Source: Eledone cirrhosa
Lineage: Eukaryota
Assembly: GCA_964016885.1 (NCBI GenBank)
Contig: OZ024740.1
Coordinates: forward strand, 41,230,001 to 41,294,000
Length of the DNA stretch: 64,000 bases
Direction of reading: 5' to 3'
Shown: positions 56,201 through 64,000 of the stretch, piece after piece
Position numbering within the stretch: the first letter of the stretch is position 1
Layout of the letters: each line of letters begins with the position of its first letter
Notes under the pieces: model-generated
What the model was told of the DNA's origin: nothing
The model's database searches: none
Seen by the model: the letters and a program-made list of their open reading frames with translations, nothing else
Position numbers and translations under genes: made by a program

Positions 56201-59200
56201 TATTTGTTTTATGTATTAAAATAAAGTGTACGTGAAGATAAATTTACTTTTATTTGTTTTATGTATTAAAATAAAGTGTACGTGAAGATAAATTTACTTT
56301 TATTTGTTTTATGTATTAAAATAAAGTGTACGTGAAGATAAATGTATTTTTATTTGTTTTATGTATTAAAATAAAGTGTACGTGAAGATAAATTTATTTT
56401 TATTTGTTTTATGTATTAAAATAAAGTGTACGTGAAGATAAATTTATTTTTATTTGTTTTATGTATTAAAATAAAGTGTACGTGAAGATAAATTTATTTT
56501 TATTTGTTTTATGTATTAAAATAAAGTGTACGTGAAGATAAATTTATTTTTATTTGTTTTATGTATTAAAATAAAGTGTTCGTGAAGATAAATTTATTTT
56601 TATTTGTTTTATATATTAAAATAAAGTGTACGTGAAGATAAATTTATTTTTATTTGTCTTATGTATTAAAATAATGTGTACGTGAAGATAAATTTACTTT
56701 TATTTGTTTTATGTATTAAAATAAAGTGTACGTGAAGATAAATTTACTTTTATTTGTTTTATGTATTAAAATAAAGTGTACGTGAAGATAAATTTACTTT
56801 TATTTGTTTTATGTATTAAAATAAAGTGTACGTGAAGATAAATTTACTTTTATTTGTTTTATGTATTAAAATAAAGTGTACGTGAAGATAAATTTATTTT
56901 TATTTGTTTTATGTATTAAAATAAAGTGTACGTGAAGATAAATTTATTTTTATTTGTTTTATGTATTAAAATAAAGTGTACGTGAAGATAGATTTATTTT
57001 TATTTGTTTTATGTATTAAAATAAAGTGTACGTGAAGATAAATTTATTTTTATTTGTTTTATGTATTAAAATAAAGTGTTCGTGAAGATAAATTTATTTT
57101 TATTTGTTTTATATATTAAAATAAAGTGTACGTGAAGATAAATTTATTTTTATTTGTCTTATGTATTAAAATAATGTGTACGTGAAGATAAATTTACTTT
57201 TATTTGTTTTATGTATTAAAATAAAGTGTACGTGAAGATAAATTTACTTTTATTTGTTTTATGTATTAAAATAAAGTGTACGTGAAGATAAATTTACTTT
57301 TATTTGTTTTATGTATTAAAATAAAGTGTACGTGAAGATAAATTTACTTTTATTTGTTTTATGTATTAAAATAAAGTGTACGTGAAGATAAATTTATTTT
57401 TATTTGTTTTATGTATTAAAATAAAGTGTACGTGAAGATAAATTTATTTTTATTTGTTTTATGTATTAAAATAAAGTGTACGTGAAGATAGATTTATTTT
57501 TATTTGTGTTATGTATTAAAATAAAGTGTACGTGAAGATAAATTTATTTTTATTTGTTTTATGTATTAAAATAAAGTGTACGTGAAGATAAATTTATTTT
57601 TATTTGTTTCATGTATTAAAATAAAGTGTACGTGAAGATAAATTTATTTTTATTTGTTTTATGTATTAAAATAAAGTGTACGTGAAGATAAATTTATTTT
57701 TATTTGTTTTATGTATTAAAATAAAGTGTACTTGAAGATAAATTTATTTTTATTTGTTTTATGTATTAAAATAAAGTGTACGTGAAGATAAATTTATTTT
57801 TATTTGTTTTATGTATTAAAATAAAGTGTACGTGAAGATAAATTTATTTTTATTTGTTTTATGTATTAAAATAAAGTGTACGTGAAGATAAATTTATTTT
57901 TATTTGTTTTATGTATTAAAATAAAGTGTACGTGAAGATAAATTTATTTTTATTTGTTTTATGTATTTAAATAAAGTGTACGTGAAGATAAATTTATTTT
58001 TATTTGTTTTATGTATTAAAATAAAGTGTACGTGAAGATAAATTTATTTTTATTTGTTTTATGTATTAAAATAAAGTGTACGTGAAGATAAATTTATTTC
58101 TATTTGTTTTATGTATTAAAATAAAGTGTACGTGAAGATAAATTTATTTTTATTTGTTTTATGTATTAAAATAAAGTGTACGTGAAGATAAATTTATTTT
58201 TATATGTTTTATGTATTAAAATAAAGTGTACGTGAAGATAAATTTATTTTTATTTGTTTTATGTATTAAAATAAAGTGTACGTGAAGATAAATTTATTTT
58301 TAATTGTTTTATGTATTTAAATAAAGTGTACGTGAAGATAAACTTATTTTTATTTGTTTTATGTATTAAAATAAAGTGTACGTGAAGATAAATTTATTTT
58401 TATTTGTTTTATGTATTAAAATAAAGTGTACGTGAAGATAGATTTATTTTTATTTGTGTTATGTATTAAAATAAAGTGTACGTGAAGATAAATTTATTTT
58501 TATTTGTTTTATGTATTAAAATAAAGTGTACGTGAAGATAAATTTATTTTTATTTGTTTTATGTATTAAAATAAAGTGTACGTGAAGATACATTTATTTT
58601 TATTTGTTTTATGTATTAAAATAAAGTGTACGTGAAGATAAATTTATTTTTATTTGTCTTATGTATTAAAATAATGTGTACGTGAAGATAAATTTACTTT
58701 TATTTGTTTTATGTATTAAAATAAAGTGTACGTGAAGATAAATTTACTTTTATTTGTTTTATGTATTAAAATAAAGTGTACGTGAAGATAAATTTACTTT
58801 TATTTGTTTTATGTATTAAAATAAAGTGTACGTGAAGATAAATTTACTTTTATTTGTTTTATGTATTAAAATAAAGTGTACGTGAAGATAAATTTATTTT
58901 TATTTGTTTCATGTATTAAAATAAAGTGTACGTGAAGATAAATTTATTTTTATTTGTTTTATGTATTAAAATAAAGTGTACGTGAAGATAAATTTATTTT
59001 TATTTGTTTTATGAATTAAAATAAAGTGTACGTGAAGATAGATTTATTTTTATTTGTTTTATGTATTAAAATAAAGTGTACGTGAAGATAAATTTATTTT
59101 TATTTGTTTTATGTATTAAAATAAAGTGTACGTGAAGATAAATTTATTTTTATTTGTTTTATGTATTAAAATAAAGTGTTCGTGAAGATAAATTTATTTT

Positions 59201-62200
59201 TATTTGTTTTATATATTAAAATAAAGTGTACGTGAAGATAAATTTATTTTTATTTGTCTTATGTATTAAAATAATGTGTACGTGAAGATAAATTTACTTT
59301 TATTTGTTTTATGTATTAAAATAAAGTGTACGTGAAGATAAATTTACTTTTATTTGTTTTATGTATTAAAATAAAGTGTACGTGAAGATAAATTTACTTT
59401 TATTTGTTTTATGTATTAAAATAAAGTGTACGTGAAGATAAATTTACTTTTATTTGTTTTATGTATTAAAATAAAGTGTACGTGAAGATAAAATTATTTT
59501 TATTTGTTTTATGTATTAAAATAAAGTGTACGTGAAGATAAATTTATTTTTATTTGTTTTATGTATTAAAATAAAGTGTACGTGAAGATAGATTTATTTT
59601 TATTTGTGTTATGTATTAAAATAAAGTGTACGTGAAGATAAATTTATTTTTATTTGTTTTATGTATTAAAATAAAGTGTACGTGAAGATAAATTTATTTT
59701 TATTTGTTTTATGTATTAAAATAAAGTGTACGTGAAGATAAATTTATTTTTAATTGTTTTATGTATTTAAATAAAGTGTACGTGAAGATAAACTTATTTT
59801 TATTTGTTTTATGTATTAAAATAAAGTGTACGTGAAGATAAATTTATTTTTATTTGTTTTATGTATTAAAATAAAGTGTACGTGAAGATAGATTTATTTT
59901 TATTTGTGTTATGTATTAAAATAAAGTGTACGTGAAGATAAATTTATTTTTATTTGTTTTATGTATTAAAATAAAGTGTACGTGAAGATAAATTTATTTT
60001 TATTTGTTTTATGTATTAAAATAAAGTGTACGTGAAGATACATTTATTTTTATTTGTTTTATGTATTAAAATAAAGTGTACGTGAAGATAAATTTATTTT
60101 TATTTGTCTTATGTATTAAAATAATGTGTACGTGAAGATAAATTTACTTTTATTTGTTTTATGTATTAAAATAAAGTGTACGTGAAGATAAATTTACTTT
60201 TATTTGTTTTATGTATTAAAATAAAGTGTACGTGAAGATAAATTTACTTTTATTTGTTTTATGTATTAAAATAAAGTGTACGTGAAGATAAATTTACTTT
60301 TATTTGTTTTATGTATTAAAATAAAGTGTACGTGAAGATAAATTTATTTTTATTTGTTTCATGTATTAAAATAAAGTGTACGTGAAGATAAATTTATTTT
60401 TATTTGTTTTATGTATTAAAATAAAGTGTACGTGAAGATAAATTTATTTTTATTTGTTTTATGTATTAAAATAAAGTGTACGTGAAGATAGATTTATTTT
60501 TATTTGTTTTATGTATTAAAATAAAGTGTACGTGAAGATAAATTTATTTTTATTTGTTTTATGTATTAAAATAAAGTGTACGTGAAGATAAATTTATTTT
60601 TATTTGTTTTATGTATTAAAATAAAGTGTTCGTGAAGATAAATTTATTTTTATTTGTTTTATATATTAAAATAAAGTGTACGTGAAGATAAATTTATTTT
60701 TATTTGTCTTATGTATTAAAATAATGTGTACGTGAAGATAAATTTACTTTTATTTGTTTTATGTATTAAAATAAAGTGTACGTGAAGATAAATTTACTTT
60801 TATTTGTTTTATGTATTAAAATAAAGTGTACGTGAAGATAAATTTACTTTTATTTGTTTTATGTATTAAAATAAAGTGTACGTGAAGATAAATTTACTTT
60901 TATTTGTTTTATGTATTAAAATAAAGTGTACGTGAAGATAAATTTATTTTTATTTGTTTTATGTATTAAAATAAAGTGTACGTGAAGATAAATTTATTTT
61001 TATTTGTTTTATGTATTAAAATAAAGTGTACGTGAAGATAAATTTATTTTTATTTGTTTTATGTATTAAAATAAAGTGTACGTGAAGATAAATTTATTTT
61101 TATTTGTTTTATGTATTAAAATAAAGTGTACGTGAAGATAAATTTATTTTTATTTGTTTTATATATTAAAATAAAGTGTACGTGAAGATAAATTTATTTT
61201 TATTTGTTTATGTATTAAAATAAAGTGTACGTGAAGATAAATTTATTTCTATTTGTTTTTTGTATTAAAATAAAGTGTACGTGAAGATAAATTTATTTTT
61301 ATTTGTTTTATGTATTAAAATAAAGTGTACGTGAAGATAAATTTATTTTTATTTGTTTTATGTATTAAAATAAAGTGTACGTGAAGATAGATTTATTTTT
61401 ATTTGTGTTATGTATTAAAATAAAGTGTACGTGAAGATAAATTTATTTTTATTTGTTTTATGTATTAAAATAAAGTGTACGTGAAGATAAATTTATTTTT
61501 ATTTGTTTTATGTATTAAAATAAAGTGTACGTGAAGATAAATTTACTTTTATTTGTTTTATGTATTAAAATAAAGTGTACGTGAAGATAAATTTACTTTT
61601 ATTTGTTTTATGTATTAAAATAAAGTGTACGTGAAGATAAATGTATTTTTATTTGTTTTATGTATTAAAATAAAGTGTACGTGAAGATAAATTTATTTTT
61701 ATTTGTTTTATGTATTAAAATAAAGTGTACGTGAAGATAAATTTATTTTTATTTGTTTTATGTATTAAAATAAAGTGTACGTGAAGATAAATTTATTTTT
61801 ATTTGTTTTATGTATTAAAATAAAGTGTACGTGAAGATAAATTTATTTTTATTTGTTTTATGTATTAAAATAAAGTGTTCGTGAAGATAAATTTATTTTT
61901 ATTTGTTTTATATATTAAAATAAAGTGTACGTGAAGATAAATTTATTTTTATTTGTCTTATGTATTAAAATAATGTGTACGTGAAGATAAATTTACTTTT
62001 ATTTGTTTTATGTATTAAAATAAAGTGTACGTGAAGATAAATTTACTTTTATTTGTTTTATGTATTAAAATAAAGTGTACGTGAAGATAAATTTACTTTT
62101 ATTTGTTTTATGTATTAAAATAAAGTGTACGTGAAGATAAATTTACTTTTATTTGTTTTATGTATTAAAATAAAGTGTACGTGAAGATAAATTTATTTTT

Positions 62201-62306
62201 ATTTGTTTTATGTATTAAAATAAAGTGTACGTGAAGATAAATTTATTTTTATTTGTTTTATGTATTAAAATAAAGTGTACGTGAAGATAGATTTATTTTT
62301 ATTTGT
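53293..62306. repeat. About 3.7-kb block repeated at +5,299 bp (about 53293-57007 and 58592-62306)
   Basis: gtgttcgtg 53881/59180 and 55331/60630; 1-bp T deletion at about 55910/61209; A19T 55961/61260; aaatgtatt 56344/61643. Confidence 0.85.
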
Positions 62307-62309
62307 GTT

Positions 62310-64000
62310 ATGTATTAAAATAAAGTGTACGTGAAGATAAATTTATTTTTATTTGTTTTATGTATTAAAATAAAGTGTACGTGAAGATAAATTTATTTTT
62401 ATTTGTTTTATGTATTTAAATAAAGTGTACGTGAAGATAAACTTATTTTTATTTGTTTTATGTATTAAAATAAAGTGTACCTGAAGATAAATTTATTTTT
62501 ATTTGTTTTATGTATTAAAATAAAGTGTACGTGAAGATAGATTTATTTTTATTTGTGTTATGTATTAAAATAAAGTGTACGTGAAGAATAAATTTATTTT
62601 TATTTGTTTTATGTATTAAAATAAAGTGTACGTGAAGATAAATTTATTTTTATTTGTTTTATGTATTAAAATAAAGTGTACGTGAAGATACATTTATTTT
62701 TATTTGTTTTATGTATTAAAATAAAGTGTACGTGAAGATAAATTTATTTTTATTTGTCTTATGTATTAAAATAATGTGTACGTGAAGATAAATTTACTTT
62801 TATTTGTTTTATGTATTAAAATAAAGTGTACGTGAAGATAAATTTACTTTTATTTGTTTTATGTATTAAAATAAAGTGTACGTGAAGATAAATTTACTTT
62901 TATTTGTTTTATGTATTAAAATAAAGTGTACGTGAAGATAAATTTACTTTTATTTGTTTTATGTATTAAAATAAAGTGTACGTGAAGATAAATTTATTTT
63001 TATTTGTTTCATGTATTAAAATAAAGTGTACGTGAAGATAAATTTATTTTTATTTGTTTTATGTATTAAAATAAAGTGTACGTGAAGATAAATTTATTTT
63101 TATTTGTTTTATGTATTAAAATAAAGTGTACGTGAAGATAGATTTATTTTTATTTGTTTTATGTATTAAAATAAAGTGTACGTGAAGATAAATTTATTTT
63201 TATTTGTTTTATGTATTAAAATAAAGTGTACGTGAAGATAAATTTATTTTTATTTGTTTTATGTATTAAAATAAAGTGTTCGTGAAGATAAATTTATTTT
63301 TATTTGTTTTATATATTAAAATAAAGTGTACGTGAAGATAAATTTATTTTTATTTGTCTTATGTATTAAAATAATGTGTACGTGAAGATAAATTTACTTT
63401 TATTTGTTTTATGTATTAAAATAAAGTGTACGTGAAGATAAATTTACTTTTATTTGTTTTATGTATTAAAATAAAGTGTACGTGAAGATAAATTTACTTT
63501 TATTTGTTTTATGTATTAAAATAAAGTGTACGTGAAGATAAATTTACTTTTATTTGTTTTATGTATTAAAATAAAGTGTACGTGAAGATAAATTTATTTT
63601 TATTTGTTTTATGTATTAAAATAAAGTGTACGTGAAGATAAATTTATTTTTATTTGTTTTATGTATTAAAATAAAGTGTACGTGAAGATAAATTTATTTT
63701 TATTTGTTTTATGTATTAAAATAAAGTGTACGTGAAGATAAATTTATTTTTATTTGTTTTATGTATTTAAATAAAGTGTACGTGAAGATAAACTTATTTT
63801 TATTTGTTTTATGTATTAAAATAAAGTGTACCTGAAGATAAATTTATTTTTATTTGTTTTATGTATTAAAATAAAGTGTACGTGAAGATAGATTTATTTT
63901 TATTTGTGTTATGTATTAAAATAAAGTGTACGTGAAGAATAAATTTATTTTTATTTGTTTTATGTATTAAAATAAAGTGTACGTGAAGATAAATTTATTT
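62310..64000. repeat. 27-monomer (1,351-bp) duplication, second copy truncated by the window end
   Basis: aaactt 62442/63793, tacctgaag 62481/63832, and A insertion gaagaata at about 62587/63938. Confidence 0.85.

Larger units (their letters stand above)
1..64000. repeat. AT-rich 50-bp satellite array, about 1,280 head-to-tail monomers, extending past both window ends
   Basis: Consensus TTTATTTTTATTTGTTTTATGTATTAAAATAAAGTGTACGTGAAGATAAA recurs every 50 bp throughout in one orientation. It is interrupted only by point substitutions, 1-bp indels and one 5-bp duplication. Confidence 0.99.

Noticed and set aside
1-64000. Protein-coding repeat ORF on either strand
   Set aside because: The period of 50 is not a multiple of 3, so each frame passes through all phases every 150 bp, and both strands contain TAA. 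No ORF exceeds about 50 codons in the standard code. The minus-strand consensus lacks TGA and would be open if TAA encoded Gln, but ttcatg variants add TGA, indels are tolerated, and nothing else suggests coding.
1-64000. CRISPR array
   Set aside because: There are no unique spacers; the whole 50 bp repeats. No cas genes or leader are present.
1-64000. Assignment to known 50-bp repeats (Trypanosoma brucei expression-site 50-bp repeats, pea PisTR-B, Meloidogyne centromeric repeats)
   Set aside because: Only the monomer length is shared. The sequence does not match what I recall of those families, and I cannot run the search needed to confirm or exclude them.
1-64000. Whole array as a technical artefact (rolling-circle or amplification concatemer, collapsed consensus, or bisulfite-converted DNA)
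   Set aside because: The hierarchical, region-specific shared variants are not expected from a single-template concatemer or random error, and non-CpG cytosines recur at fixed variant positions. Individual perfect duplications still need read-level validation.

Overview
The whole 64-kb window is one uninterrupted head-to-tail tandem array of a 50-bp monomer, about 1,280 copies, all in the same orientation. The consensus is TTTATTTTTATTTGTTTTATGTATTAAAATAAAGTGTACGTGAAGATAAA (24 T, 18 A, 7 G, 1 C; 84% AT). The array runs off both ends. I found no unique sequence, inversion, transposon, RNA gene, CRISPR spacer or plausible coding region. Most monomers equal the consensus or differ by 1-2 substitutions. 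These rare variants recur in fixed orders and record nested block duplications of about 12 to 119 monomers, some of which can be ordered in time, plus three zones with different variant sets. This fits a young, recently expanding eukaryotic satellite (centromeric, pericentromeric or subtelomeric). The organism, family and function cannot be assigned from the sequence alone. I did not find a gene-based novel system. All coordinates and offsets were read by eye from marker variants, so block boundaries are approximate. Variant names use monomer positions 1-50 of the consensus above.
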